Assembly: GCA_002633005.1 (NCBI GenBank)
Contig: NMRA01000020.1
Span: 1,211,650 to 1,275,649, forward strand
Length of the DNA stretch: 64,000 bases
Source: Phoronis australis
Taxonomy: Eukaryota > Animalia > Phoronida
Direction: 5' to 3'
Position numbers and translations under genes: made by a program. Below are positions 23,626-36,691 of this stretch, one piece after another (the stretch's first letter is position 1; every line of letters starts with the position of its first letter). Below the pieces are notes generated by a model, which saw nothing but the letters and a program-made list of their open reading frames with translations, had not been told where the DNA came from and searched no databases.

Positions 23626-26600
23626 CTTCCTAGTGGTGTTGAAAGCGTTCAAACCAGCGATTACGATTAAAAGTGAAGCAATGAAGTATGTTGGGTTGGA
23701 ACTGACTCCTCACCATGTGTTCTAGGTACCACAAACAACTGTCACTGAAACCTTCTATCAATGAACTTGGGAAAATATTTATCCAATCAAAACGCACAGT
23801 GACAAAACTAGTTGACCTAAGAAAAGCTGGCAACAATGGTTGTTGGAATGTCTTTGTATATGTTCAGTTTTAAAGTTATCTATTATTAAATGGAGCCATA
23901 AATCTGCAGCCATCTATTCATTTCTTCATGGATTAGTTCTTACTTCATTACACTCGTTCCTGTTTCGTTTAGTTGACTTGATAGCTCCTCTATTATGTTA
24001 GCTGTCTACAGGAGTTAGTGAGAGTGATAACCTATTGTATTCTCATACTTGTAGCAGCTTAAATTCTTGATCCTAGTCACCAGCCTCTGTTGCTAAGTCT
24101 TGTCTTGATTCACAAACAACACAGCCAAAGCTTCTCACTCACTGATTAGTTTTCTATTTGGCGAACATTCATCGAATAAGTTCACTTGCAAGGAATGCAA
24201 TATCTTTACACTATTCAAGGCTTGGGATTTCATCTTTTTTCGTCATTCAGTTAAGTTTCACAACATCGCACCAGCCTATTTCTTAGTAGAACGATGCATC
24301 ACCTGGGAAATTTTCCTCTTTTTGTCATTGGTGATTGCAAGCCCTGGTAATTATCACGCCAGAAGCTTTTAAAACACAAATATGTTTTTTCTCTCTGAAG
24401 CACCTCGGGTTTTTTCATTCATAAGAAAACCCACAAAACTTAATAATACTGAATGGAGTCTGTACTGAAATGAATTTTGAAAATGAACCTAGCACTGGGC
24501 TGTCTTTCAGTAGATACTTAGCGATATTAAAAAGTGCCAATGCTTTCTGAGAATAACAGCCTGTGCAGCTCATTGAGCGAAAATACTACCCGGAAAACTG
24601 CCTTTCTCCTCCGTTACCTGTGCCGTATAGGTCAGCTGAATGAGCAGTATGCAGTACACCGGTATAGCACCTAACCCACAACGAAGCAATGACTTGGGGA
24701 AAAAGCCAGATGCAACTTGTCCCTTGTCCAATGCATGCCAACGTGCCTGTCAAGGCCTATTCAATTTTCGGACATTCTTGAGATACGACAGAGAATGCCA
24801 TGAAACAACGAAATAATCATAAACAGTGAAAATAATTTGATATATAATTAACTTGTCATTGTTTCAATACTCGCAATGCCTTCGAACAAAGTGCTCAATT
24901 CTATTTACAAACTTTTTTTAAAGCAAACAGGATCAGTGATTCAAGCCAGTGTTGTTCAACAGGGCGAGTCACTTTCATTTGCACTTCCCATTTTGTTTTT
25001 TTCGGCCGCCTTGACTGTCTTGAAAATCAGAGCAAAGTGCGTAGCCGACGGCGTCATTTGATAGGTTTCGGGACTGCCAGTTTCCAATCTTCGGAGTTTC
25101 CAGTAAAACGCCTCACCGATTTTAATTGTTATTGATTATTTTGTCTTTCCATGACATTCTGTCACATTTCATTCAGAAAAATCTGTTAAAGGTCATATGT
25201 GATTAGGAATTTCTAATTTTTGAACTTGACGGGGAACAGCCGGGAAGCCAAGTTTGTAAAATGATTCGTGTAGACAAATCGTTTCAGTTTTGGGATTCCT
25301 ACCAAAAAGTTCCTTGTTAGTCTATACATAAATTTGCACCCTGATTGTTGTGTCGGCCCAAAATGAATTCTAATTACATGAGTATGTTGTTGTTAAGCCC
25401 GTAGTGCAGTTTCCGTAATAGAGACAAGATATACAAAGAAGTTTATAAATTGTTATTTAGTAGGTAACTGCAGGGTGAGACACCTTTTTCAAATTTACGT
25501 TTTTTGGAAAATGAACAAGAGCAGACAATTCTGAGAATCACTGATCTTAATTAAGCGTGCAAACTACTGTAGACGCACACAAAATGATATCATTCGTCCT
25601 CAGGCCAATCACTTCCTCCACAGAACGGCCAGGCTCGTACATATGTATGTTAGTACACAATTACATTTACGTAATGCTTAATTACTATAATGGCAGATGA
25701 AGGAAGATAATTATAGTTAAGTTTAAACGTCTTTTAAATCTCTTCGTATTGACTTTGGCAACTGTGACCGCAATTGCTGTTTAGATATATCACGGACACG
25801 CACATGTGAACGCCACTCTCAAACTGCATTTCCACTGACCAATTCTACGTGCACTTTAATTATAACAAGTCTATGAAATCCTCGGTTATAACATTATTCG
25901 CCACATCTCAATGGTACTGTTATTATCGCCAGCACGGATCTATCGGTAACTAACGAACGAAGCATTTTTTTCCGAGCTAAGGCAAGGCTTCTCATCTAAT
26001 TAAAGCAGGTTTGTTTTGTGTTTTGACCAACGTACGTTAAATTATTAGTATATTCCGTAACTGGCTATGTTCTACCTAACTGCTAGACCCAACACAAAAC
26101 ACGATCGTTCAGTATAGCCGCTAAGGAAAGCAAGACGGAGACATTCTTTCAGACCACATGGACAGTGACTAGGCCTGTATTGAACGTGTTGGCTTAGCTC
26201 CTTTGTGCGAAGACTGCCTTAGGGCTCAGTGCTTAACCACCAATTGTACCTCGTCATTGTGCGTAAGTGAAAAATCCCAACGCGGCACCGTATTGATGGC
26301 ACTTTCACTGAACAGCGAAATCGGACAAGGAGTTGTTGTGCAACCCGGGGTACAACTTTAATATGGTGTCAAAAGGTGCAATGAACACAAAACAGTAAGT
26401 TATAAACGAGGACATAATTTATCAATGGCCCCATGGACTACTGCAAGTTGTCACGTACTGCATTGTAGAACTGTGGGGATACTCCAGTTTTTATAAGATC
26501 CTGGGTCACTTTCATTCAGTGGCGCCAAAACGTGATTAATTTGTCGTTCGTTGACACGTTAGATAACCATCACCTCGACACCACTGGATCGAATGAAATC

Positions 26601-28125
26601 AGCACAGCTAATTGTTTCCACGAACTTCGAAGAGAATTGCGCGGCACTCATACCACTTACAGTCTTTTCCTCCCCCTTCGCCATTCCGAATAGTATGGTG
26701 CGGTAGTCATGCCACTCGCAGTCTGTCCTTCACCCTTTCGCATCGTCAAATGCCAGGTCTAATTTAATTTCTCCCCCGAAAATCCGACCTATCAATGTAA
26801 TTAAAAAACATATTCGACACAAAAGCACAACCTCGACAAAAACCTGCGAGGAAATTAATAGTGCTGGTTCAGCGGTCAGTGGTAGCATATGCAGGAGTAA
26901 CCCCCCGGACATTAAATGACTCAATAACCGCAGTCCATCCGAGGTCCAGCCTCAACCCAACCGAGTTCAGAGCGCGTCCAGGTGAAGCCTTTCCTCACTC
27001 CGGTTGAGGATCACCCGAGGCTTGACTAAGGCTGAAGCGCGTTCGATGGGAAGCTACTTCGATCAGCACTGTATATCGCCCATCGGTCTTATCATTGTTT
27101 TCCTTGGTTGTGTCATTGTTGGATATAACAACAACACAGGTCGCATGGATATCGAACCTTGGGCGTACATAAGACCGTTGCCGATAAATGCTCGTTATTA
27201 TCTTTTCTATAACAACGGGAACAATGATGATGCTAATCTATGCGACCAGGTTTCCCGTGGATGACCACAGAAGGGAATCCCAAATTATCCACAAAAACTT
27301 ATCATGTACCTCAGTAACTGTTACCGCGCACACGAATCCATCCCGTGGAACCTAAACACCAATTTTTTATATCCATGTATTGTGTTGTATTGCTCGTGGT
27401 ACGGTTCAGATTCCTTTGTATTAAGATATAAATTCCCAACCCTGTAATACGTAGTTTGAGTAAAATACCTAGCGCCATTACAGTGTTATTCGTACGACTG
27501 TGTTTGGTGTGAGCCCTTCCGGTTCCGCTTCGCTGTATTGTAGCCTGCGTTGAACTTACAACTCATTGTCTAGTTTATCCGGCGTAGACAATGAAATTTA
27601 TGATTCATTCTCTTTTAAATGGAGAGTAACCATCAAATTCTGCACTGTTTTTCAAAAGTAACCACATATCTGAAAAGTAAAACCATGTTTGACAATTTCA
27701 TTCCTTATCTCATTTGAATTTTGTCTACCGCACAGACAACACATTTATGATGAAAATATTCCGTGTGAAAAAAAATATAAAACACCAACCCCAGACTTGT
27801 ATACTACAAAATATGTTTTCATAATACAATACAAAGTACAGTCAAAAGTGCAAATGTTATGACTCGAATAAAAATGCCTTCTACATCTTTTCAAAACTCC
27901 AATTGTACGGAGTGGTGAACAGTTGCCGAGCAACTTCTTTCAGTACTTCTGAGGTAAACTGTGTCCCAAAGTCACTAAGCACCTCTCGTGGAAAGCCAAT
28001 TCTACAGAAGGTTTCAAACAGTGCTTCTGCGACTCGCTCAGCTTCTATTCTGGGAAGAGGGACTGCCTCTGGGTATCTTGTGGCATAGTCTACGATGATG
28101 AGAATGTACCGGTTGCCTCTGTGAT

Positions 28126-30090
28126 TGACCTATCGCAAGCTCCGCCCCTATGCGAAAAGTCACGTGATACCCGACATTCGAACGCGATGTCAGAGGCAAA
28201 TACACTGTCGCTAAACGACGTTCCTGGTGGAATCGATGAGTCTTTTTGCACTATTTGAAAACGCGTCGACAGAGACAAGAGGCGATGCTTTTCAACAGTG
28301 AATCGTACGTTCATGATATAGGAATTTGTAAAGGTGACGATGAAAAAATAAGTGCTCGAGGAGCCAGCGAAAATCCAAAGAATCCCTCGGCCTCGGGGCC
28401 ACTTCACCTGACTAACAAATGACAAGGCCACTGATACGATATGTTCATGTAAAGCTGGGTATGTACCTTAAAGTCGAATTATCTGTACGATTCCATAGAT
28501 TTCATGATCTTTCGGATAAAATCAGTGAAGATTCACCGATATTTTTATTCTGTCGTCTGCTAAATTTCGCCAAATGAAAAGTAGGTCACAACTGGTGGGA
28601 CTCCTGGAGTAAAGTAGGTCATAGATTACAGACAACACATGCACTATAGTCTCTGACTAGATCGACTCGATAGCTTTTCTAATCTTGTAACGAAATATTT
28701 TGATAAAAAAATTCAGGTTCATAGCTCAGGTACGCACTCATCTCGTCCTGCATGGCAAACAGTTAGCTCCGGTAGGTATAGAGCTGTGTCTAAGTAAAAT
28801 TAATGTCTGGAATTCAGAGGCGGATCTAGGATACAACAGGGGGGCCCAACACGTGGAGTTGGGCAAAGTGCGATTGTATGTGCACAGGTGGCCCGAAAGT
28901 TGCAGGGGCCAGGGATGTAGACCGTTGGACCTTCTGTTCAGAAAATCTATCGGTGGACTAAAAAAAACAGGAACACGATTCCGCCGCGATCTGGGGTCTG
29001 AGCCCCCCCCTCTTCCGCTACCGGTCCTAGTTACTGAACTCAATATTTTGCTGTTTCATTTTGCTTGCAGCCGCCAAGGGGGGGGGGGGCATTTTTTGTA
29101 GTTTCATTCCATAAAGGTAGTTTTCATTTAATTTTGAAGGTAGCATGATCACTAAGCCGTGGTATGGTTACAAAAGGTTACAAGTCTGGTGTGGTAGTTG
29201 CAAAAATAGGGTATTTACAAAAATAACTCAAATTCTTTTTTAAAGCTTCGTAAATCTAAATATCATGTTTGAACAACTCCAAAATGAGCTCTCTCTAACC
29301 CTACAGACATAGTGTATACTAGAGGTACATGTCAAAAAGTAATTCAACAGTTTATTTTTAGTGACAACAGCTCGACCAAGGCTTTGAGTTCCGGCAGTAA
29401 TCCAGTGCCCTTCCCTGTGCCGATCGAATCTCTGACTTTTGACCGGGAGAGAAGTTCAGTTGAACTCCAGCTTACGGTTTATGAATAACAAAAATGTACC
29501 TCTGATACGAAACAAAATGATGTCCATTAGGTTGAAATAAAAAAAAAAAACATCAAATAAAAATATCCTTGAAAACAACAATTTCCGGGGACTACCACTA
29601 GAGTGCTGAGATCCAGCAGGTGCCGAGACAAAGGCGGCCAGACGTAGCCAACTCGGGAGTCAAAATCTGAGATAGCCCGGCACCATGCCAACAAGCTGAA
29701 AAGTGCGTATCTTGGAACTAATATATTTGTGTTTATTATAGCCTTCGAGTTATCAAGCAACATCGCTAAGTTCAGCTGCTCGTGTGACCGTACAGTTTGA
29801 TCCATAGTTTACGCTTTTCAACATCATTTTTTGGCTTAGGACATGCCTAAAATGACGGGATATTATTCTAGAGCAGCATAACGGCTGTCGGTGCTACACA
29901 CATCATATCAACACCCTTTCCCCATTCTTAGCGGACAATTTCTTGAGCTATAGACTAAAGTAAGTTTTACTGGACTGCGTGTGGTTTGTCGGGTAAGATG
30001 GCGGCTTGGAAACGCAAACGAAGGTGTGCCAAGAATGCTGCATTCTGATTGGTCAATTAAGCCGTCCGTTATAATCTTGGCGATAGGTCA
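28126..30090. mobile_element. Non-autonomous DNA element (ISL2EU/PIF-Harbinger-like), copy 1, inserted in the Gypsy integrase
   Basis: AT|TGACCTATCGC ... GCGATAGGTCA|AT. The integrase coding sequence resumes on both sides. A homologous copy lies at 42406-44863. Confidence 0.8.
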
Positions 30091-31645
30091 ATTGGCGACA
30101 CAGGACCAATCAAATCAACAGCTATACGCTGGAACGGTTCTTCCATAAGCGGCATCTCACCCAATGGCACTTTAGAGATCCTGCCCTCAGGAGTTGTTCG
30201 CTGGCAGATGTCAAATGATCTGCAGAAACGATTTATGTCACTACCAGCTCCTGGTCAGTGAAAGCTACTGACTATTCTATCACTGGTCTTCTTCACACCA
30301 AGGTGCCCACCAACAATAGATTCATGAGCTAGCGTCATAACCTGTTGTCGAAATTTGACAGGGACAACTATCTGACGCAACTCTTTGGTGTTATCAGCAT
30401 ACACTCGGTACAGGACCACCTTTTGCTTCTCACACCAGTATTGACCTCTACCATGTGTTCTTGCTGGTTTGTCTTTCTCAACAAAGCTTCATGCGCTTAC
30501 GTAGGGAAGGATCATGGTGTTGTTCGTCTTTCAACTTGCTGACGTCGAGACTTTCCTCTCCGGATGGAGTCACCGCCAAAAGCTTGATAGGTTTTTCTCT
30601 CTTCTTAGCATGTGCTCTAGTAGTTACTGCGGACATGTCGCTGCCTTAGGGCTGCCAAGTGGGATCAGGATCCTTGCTGACGCCAACAGCATTCCCTATG
30701 ATGAGGTCGTATATCGGTGCACGCATACGCATCGCCTCGATTTCATCAACGAAGTATGGAGTGTCTACCTCAATCTTCGCTATGGGGAAGGATCGTGCTG
30801 TCCCATATATTAACACACAGATGTGTTGTTCCCTGTCAGTTGACTTTCTTTGACTAGGAATGTCTTCCGTTCGGCTGCACTACTGCAAACAGTGTCACGC
30901 GTCATGCGTACTTTTGTTTCGTTGAAGTAACTGTCACAAACGAGCATATTGTGGTCAGCTGGAGGTTCTCTGTTCTTTTCACATGCTCCTGTATCAACGG
31001 GTATCGATGTCCTATCGAATAACTTTAGACAGACATCAACTATATGCTGCTCTAAAGGGCAACCCGTCGCTACAACAGCTTGACATATTCCCGCCTTTTT
31101 TCTTAGTCCGTTCTTGCTGCGAGGAGAACGACTGCTCACTTGCAGCGAACTTTTTGGACTGTGATTGTTTCATCCAGAAGTCCCTGGCTAGATGACCCTT
31201 GCGATGACAATTGATACACTCCATGTCACCCTTGTTTCTGGTCATTGTCGAACGAGGAGTCTCTGTCCTTCACTCCTCTGTGTTGCTTGGCGGTGCTTAT
31301 CTTCTGGCTAACTGTCCCAAGTTTTTCTTTTCGAACCCTTTGCCCAACAAACCAGTACAATGGGCGTCCATGTACTGTTGAACAATGGCCGACATCTCGT
31401 CGAAGGTCTTCGGTTTCCGTTCCCTCAGGAATAGAGACATACTACCAGAAACTGCTCTCGGATCACTAAATCTCTGAGTCCATCATAAGTCACCTCGACC
31501 TCCGCCAGTTGTGTACATCGGTTAAAGAACCTTTTCAGTCTTGCCCCGAATTGGAACACGTTTTCACACTTTTCATGCTATGGCACTCTGAACTTCCGTC
31601 GGAACCCATCTTCAGTTAGTTCCTATCTGTGCAGTAGCGCCACCT

Positions 31646-32161
31646 TTAGTTGGTCGTAGTTTTAATTTGGTCGGACGGCATGTTGTTGAATACCTGTATG
31701 CCCTTTCCTGTTAACAATGGACTCAAGTCCACAGCCCAATCCGATTTATCCCATTTCTGACTTGTGGCGAACGTCTCCAATCGGGCTAGGAAGGTATCCA
31801 TGTCGTAGACGCGCTCGTCAAACTTTGGCAGTTTGGGACGACTGGTACGTACGCCACTGCTTACAGCACCACCACTAGGTGTCGTTTTGAGCTCAATCTG
31901 GAGTTGCAGTGTCTTCTGCTTCTCAATCTCAATCACTTGGTGCAGCTCTGGTTGTTCCCGTGCAAGCTTTGCCTTTTCCAGCTCTTGTTTATGGGTACGC
32001 TCAGCTTGCACTTGTACAAGCGTTGCCTGTTCCAGTTCCCGTTTATGGGCACGCTCTTCACGCTCCAAGGCCTGCCGCAAGAGCTCCTCTGCGCACTTCC
32101 TTAACTCTTCACCGGTAAAACCAAATTGTTTCGCTTGCGCAATATATTTTTCAAAATCCAT
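31646..32161 (-). pseudogene. Gypsy gag N-terminal ORF (frameshifted downstream)
   Basis: Coiled coil followed by RPKLPKFDERVYDMDTFLARLETFATSQKWDKSDWAVDLSPLLTGK. Confidence 0.8.
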
Positions 32162-32271
32162 TTTAGAGGAAGGGTATTATTTCCATAATACACTTTATTA
32201 ATTAATATTCAAACGGTAATTACTGAGCTCAAAACAGTTAAGCACAACCACGTAAACCTTTATTTAAACTA

Positions 32272-32289
32272 CTCCCAGACTGGCCCCCA
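32272..32289 (-). other. Primer-binding site, tRNA-Pro-like
   Basis: TGGGGGCCAGTCTGGGAG just after the LTR end TGTGACA. 14/18 match to the tRNA-Pro PBS TGGGGGCTCGTCCGGGAT. Confidence 0.65.
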
Positions 32290-32291
32290 AA

Positions 32292-34452
32292 TGTCACAGA
32301 TTGAATGTGGGTTTGTTTAAAAGGTAGCTATGCTTTGAGATTGTGCGTAGATGGAGAGTGAATAATTAAATCCAGTAATTAATTAATTATATGATAACCA
32401 CTAACTAGTGAAACCTGTTGTTAATTAAGTAATAAATTACAAAGAAGAGTAACTACGCTAGCGCCCTCTTTAAAGTACTTCTCTCAAACTGCCCATGTGG
32501 TTCCAGTATCCGAAAATACTTACTACATAAAATCTTATTTTCGACAACCTTTCTTTATATTCTTTTCGCCTTTCTTGCCAAAAGCGATTTTTGAACAGTA
32601 TTTGACCCTTCTCTCTATTTCCGTACCCACATTTCCGGCTCATCAGTTCAGGAACTTGTCCTGAACGCCGCCATTTTTTCCTTGTTACTGAATGTGCTAT
32701 CGCTTGCTCGAAAAGTCTTCATTATTTTGTATTATTAGTAATATCTCGTGATTCGTTTGCATATGTACTGTATTTATAGCTTGTAGTTAGTGGTCGTTGA
32801 TTTTTTTGGAATGTTACGCGTACTTAGTATGTTAAAATAGCATTGGTGTTTAGTTCCTTACGTAGGCCGATCGAACCTAGGAGTCAATATGAGTCGAACC
32901 ATTTTTTTTTCGGTTTTATTTTTTTCTCGTTTTGAAAAAGTACTTAGCTATCATCGGAAAGGTAGTACATTCTACTCAGTAAAAATCGAAAAAGTATCAA
33001 GATCGGGGCAAGCAGTGTAAAGTTATTGCAAGTTTTGTGGCGAAATTTGGGTCACTTTGTTTGGATCGCGTCGGCCATATTGGGGGACAGCGGGATAAGT
33101 TACGAGTTCAAGAATTCGTGTAAATTGTTTTCGCCAACAAATTACGGTGAAATTTAGTTAGACATATCTTTACTTACTATTCTACACGATTTAACAGTGT
33201 TCACCAAATTTCAGCCTCGCAGGTGTTACTCATTAAGTGATAAATGTGCTCACAATTCCCGTTGGACTTCGTCTCATTTCTGGCGGCACCGACAACATGG
33301 CGACTTTTGCTGAACTGAAAGGCATGTTCAGTCGGCTACTTTGTAATTTGTGAAGATTTAACGTTGATACATTTTGACAAACGTTGCTACAAAAAAAGAA
33401 ACTCTGTTCAATTTTCGTGCTTTTTGTACAAAAATATAAGATGCATTCGAATTTTTTACTGTAAATTTCCCATTCAGGTGATCTTTCTAAGCTAAAAAAA
33501 TAGTTGAAATAATTTTGAAATGTTTTTTGTTTGACTGTCAACTGCTGTTCAGGACTTGATTCGGTGTCACAAAATGATTCATATTTTTCTAAATTTTAAG
33601 TCTCAATTGCTTTCAAGTCATGTTTTGTAACTTATTGCTTCTTAATTCAGGTTATCAAGTCAACAATACGAATAATCTTAATTTGAGAAATAAGCTACAT
33701 GTATGTTGGATTGTGAAGCTTGAAGCCTCTAATTCTTGTTCCTTGCAACTTCGTATATTTTTTAAATGATGCTAGTCAAATTCTGGTGTAAAGAAACACT
33801 ATTCCGTCACCATGGTAATAATTACATGTATGTCCACTTTCATATCATGGAAACTTGCTGTTGAATAGTGTTTGTAATGCTAAATGTTGTAAAGTGTGCA
33901 TTTTAAGTTACGTATCATGTTAGAAGTTTGAATCATTTTGGGTTAATGAATAAAAATGATAATATTTTGTATTGGACTTCTCATACTTATGTGCTCTAAG
34001 GAGCTCCCTTTTTGGAGAACTGGAAAAAGGTCTGTTTCAGTCAGAGAAACCCGAATTCCGAAAAAATAGAAAATGAGACAAAATTCCACTTGAAGACAGG
34101 AAGTACCAAATTTTAGCGTCTGCAATTCATAGCTCTGAACAAACTCACTGAATCTTATAGTAAAAGATAGACATTCCCAAAAATTCCAGCCCCCCATTCT
34201 TTTAGGCTTGGTGCGCTCATATAAAGTCTGGGAAAATCTCTATTGAAAGCCAATAACTTTGCTTAGTTCGCCTGAAGTACCCAAGTTCTAAATAAACCTC
34301 GTTTGAGCGAGCGCTGCAGCCAGCGACCAGTTAGGCCTAAGGGTAGCCTTGGCGCAAAGCTGAATAGGCCTACTGACAAGCTGTATTTTGACGATAGTCT
34401 TCACTGGTAGCTGGCACTGAGGCTAACTAAGGTCTGCCGCGGCAGTGTGACA
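32292..34452 (-). mobile_element. Putative 5' LTR of the Gypsy element, interrupted by other insertions
   Basis: TGTCACA at 32292 next to the PBS and TGTGACA at 34446-34452. The intervening DNA contains a TTAA element end and a dispersed repeat, so the far boundary is tentative. Confidence 0.35.
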
Positions 34453-35103
34453 CAGGACTAACCAGCCCGTAATTTCATGCAAGTGTCTGAAACTACCCTT
34501 GAATATATGCAGCATTTATGATTTGACCATTTTACTTCGACAAAACAGCTTGCAACCGCATGCNNNNNNNNNNNNNNNNNNNNNNNNNNNNNNNNNNNNN
34601 NNNNNNNNNNNNNNNNNNNNNNNNNNNNNNNNNNNNNNNNNNNNNNNNNNNNNNNNNNNNNNNNNNNNNNNNNNNNNNNNNNNNNNNNNNNNNNNNNNNN
34701 NNNNNNNNNNNNNNNNNNNNNNNNNNNNNNNNNNNNNNNNNNNNNNNNNNNNNNNNNNNNNNNNNNNNNNNNNNNNNNNNNGCAAACTCGATAAAATTGT
34801 CCGTATTTTGACTTAATTAAAATTAAGGCGCGCTGTCGATTATTTTATCCCCGTTTGCAGGCTGGTAACAGGCACTCACACTGACGGCGTTTTCTTAGCC
34901 TGGGTTCCTGAATGAATTGTACTTCCGGGTTCGCGGCAAGATCAAAATGGAGGTGGTTCTTCGGGTGCGAATCGTGAATGGCGCGTTCATTTAAATTTTT
35001 TTCGAGTACGGATCGTGTATTAGTTATGGGGTAGGTACTTCTTGGATCCTTATAACATCCTCTAACCATGTAATAAGGGTTAACAACGTGTGAGAGAAGG
35101 ACT
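32474..35103. mobile_element. TTAA-flanked (Kolobok-like) family A termini spanning an assembly gap
   Basis: TTAA|AGTACTTCTCTCA at 32470 and TGAGAGAAGGACT|TTAA ending 35107. Pairing of the two ends across the gap is unverified. Confidence 0.45.
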
Positions 35104-36200
35104 TTAAAGATTACTTCAGTCAATCAACCAAAATAATCAAATGTCTTATCTGCTATCATAGTTCAAGCTAGGACTCTCCACTTGTTGGTGACTGTCCTGT
35201 TGGTGAATCTTCGAACCACATACACTGTATTGTGACGGTGTACTTGCTGGACACCGTCTCTGGTGATACAACACATGCAGGCAGTTTCTTCTACCCACGT
35301 TTCTTCTTGCTGGTCACAGTCTCTGGTGACGCAACAATTCAGTCAGTATCTTACAACCCACGATGCAAGTGACAAGCTCTTAGTTAACTTCCTGTTCGTT
35401 AACCCTTGCCCTTGCTATAAGACCCTTTCTAGAATCTTCCACGAGATGGCTCTGTCGTACAATTTCCTCTGTACACTGTAGTAAGTCTTTATGCTTCAAC
35501 TACTATAGCGCATCTGATTATCTTTTTGATTTTAACCCATGAATATTATAGTATTCAATTTATTCGGGGATTGGCTAATAAAAACCACATGATCATATCC
35601 AATCATATCATTGGTCGTTTCAGTTTGTTCTCAGAAATTTCCAAAATCTCTAGAGTGCTTTGATCCCAGAACCCAAAGTTGTAAACACCATCTTAAAATA
35701 GATTTTGCCGTTAAAATACATGTCAACAAGTCTGACCCCATGATTTAAAAGTATATAATGCACAAATTTTGGGAAACTTGAAATGGATCTATTCTTACTA
35801 AATACTTAATCGATATTTATTCTGACAGACACCTTGTGATGAAAAGGCAGTAAACATCATTAAGCTTGGAAAAAAGTGGCAGTTTATTCCATCATCGTGT
35901 GATACTGCAAGAGGTGACGCTCCTCAACATGAAAGCTGGTTGCAAGATTTCACCAAAACAGGACAACAGAGAAAATCGATTCCAACATTGGTCCCTCTCT
36001 CCGTGATCGGCCCTGAAGAAGTTGTCAAAAAAAACACGAAAAGGGAGGTCAGGTGAATGTCGTCACTGGCCCCCTTCGAGGGCCGAGTCCCTGAATATGA
36101 AGAGATCTATATTTGCAAAGATCAGGAAATGCGCTGCAATTGATATTATCAGTTAGGTCATCAATTTTTAATTGATTAGTGTCAGAATATAGTCTGACAG

Positions 36201-36691
36201 TGTTATTAGTTCTATTGTTTTGTTTTGTTATTCAGTTTGATTGGCATGACCCCTGAGTTAAGTACAATGATGATGTAATTTGTTTTACTACACAATAGTG
36301 TGGAACTTTCTAGAAGACTGAGGTCAGAACAGTGATGATGTAATTTGTTTACTACAGTATAGTGTGGAACTTTCTAGAAGACTCTAGCATGACAGTGATT
36401 AATGCAGTCTGGAATATTCTAGAGACTAGTACATGTTTGTAGAATGATTGGGTAGATTCAGGAAAGTTCTAGAATGTGCTTGAATTGATGTAAAGTTCCA
36501 GAACAATGCATTAGGCTATAAATACACAAGCACGGGTTTGTGTTAGTGAGTTGAGTCCAAGAAGATCAAGTAAGTTCAAGAAAGTTAATCAAGAGAACTA
36601 CAGTTGAGTTGCAGTGAAGAGAATCAGCAGTTACAGCGATAGTCAATAGAGAGCCAGCTATAGAGACAGCAGGTTATTGAATCGAGTGTAA
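36201..36691 (+). mobile_element. LTR-like sequence truncated by a gap
   Basis: Starts TGTTA. Internal ~65-bp tandem duplication (GATGATGTAATTTGTTT..AGTGTGGAACTTTCTAGAAGACT), repeated TCTAGA motifs, and a TATA box CTATAAATA at ~36516. Confidence 0.5.

Larger units (their letters stand above)
27900..32291 (-). mobile_element. Degenerate Gypsy/Ty3 LTR retrotransposon internal region, Gmr1-type order (gag-PR-IN), truncated before RT
   Basis: Gag 31646-32161 (PKLPKFDE..DMDTFLAR.E.FA...W...W), zinc knuckle C..C...GH.A.D (~31180-31220), protease RDT(G>V)CS (~30900), integrase H2C2 AHESIVGGHLGVKKT (~30290), and core GNRYILIIVDYATRYPEA..LSDFGTQFTS (27900-28123). Multiple stops and frameshifts. Confidence 0.88.

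Noticed and set aside
31833-32201. Plus-strand ORFs over gag
   Set aside because: Antisense shadows of the coiled-coil gag sequence.
34499-34816. ORFs of X residues here and at 36658-37308
   Set aside because: Assembly gaps.
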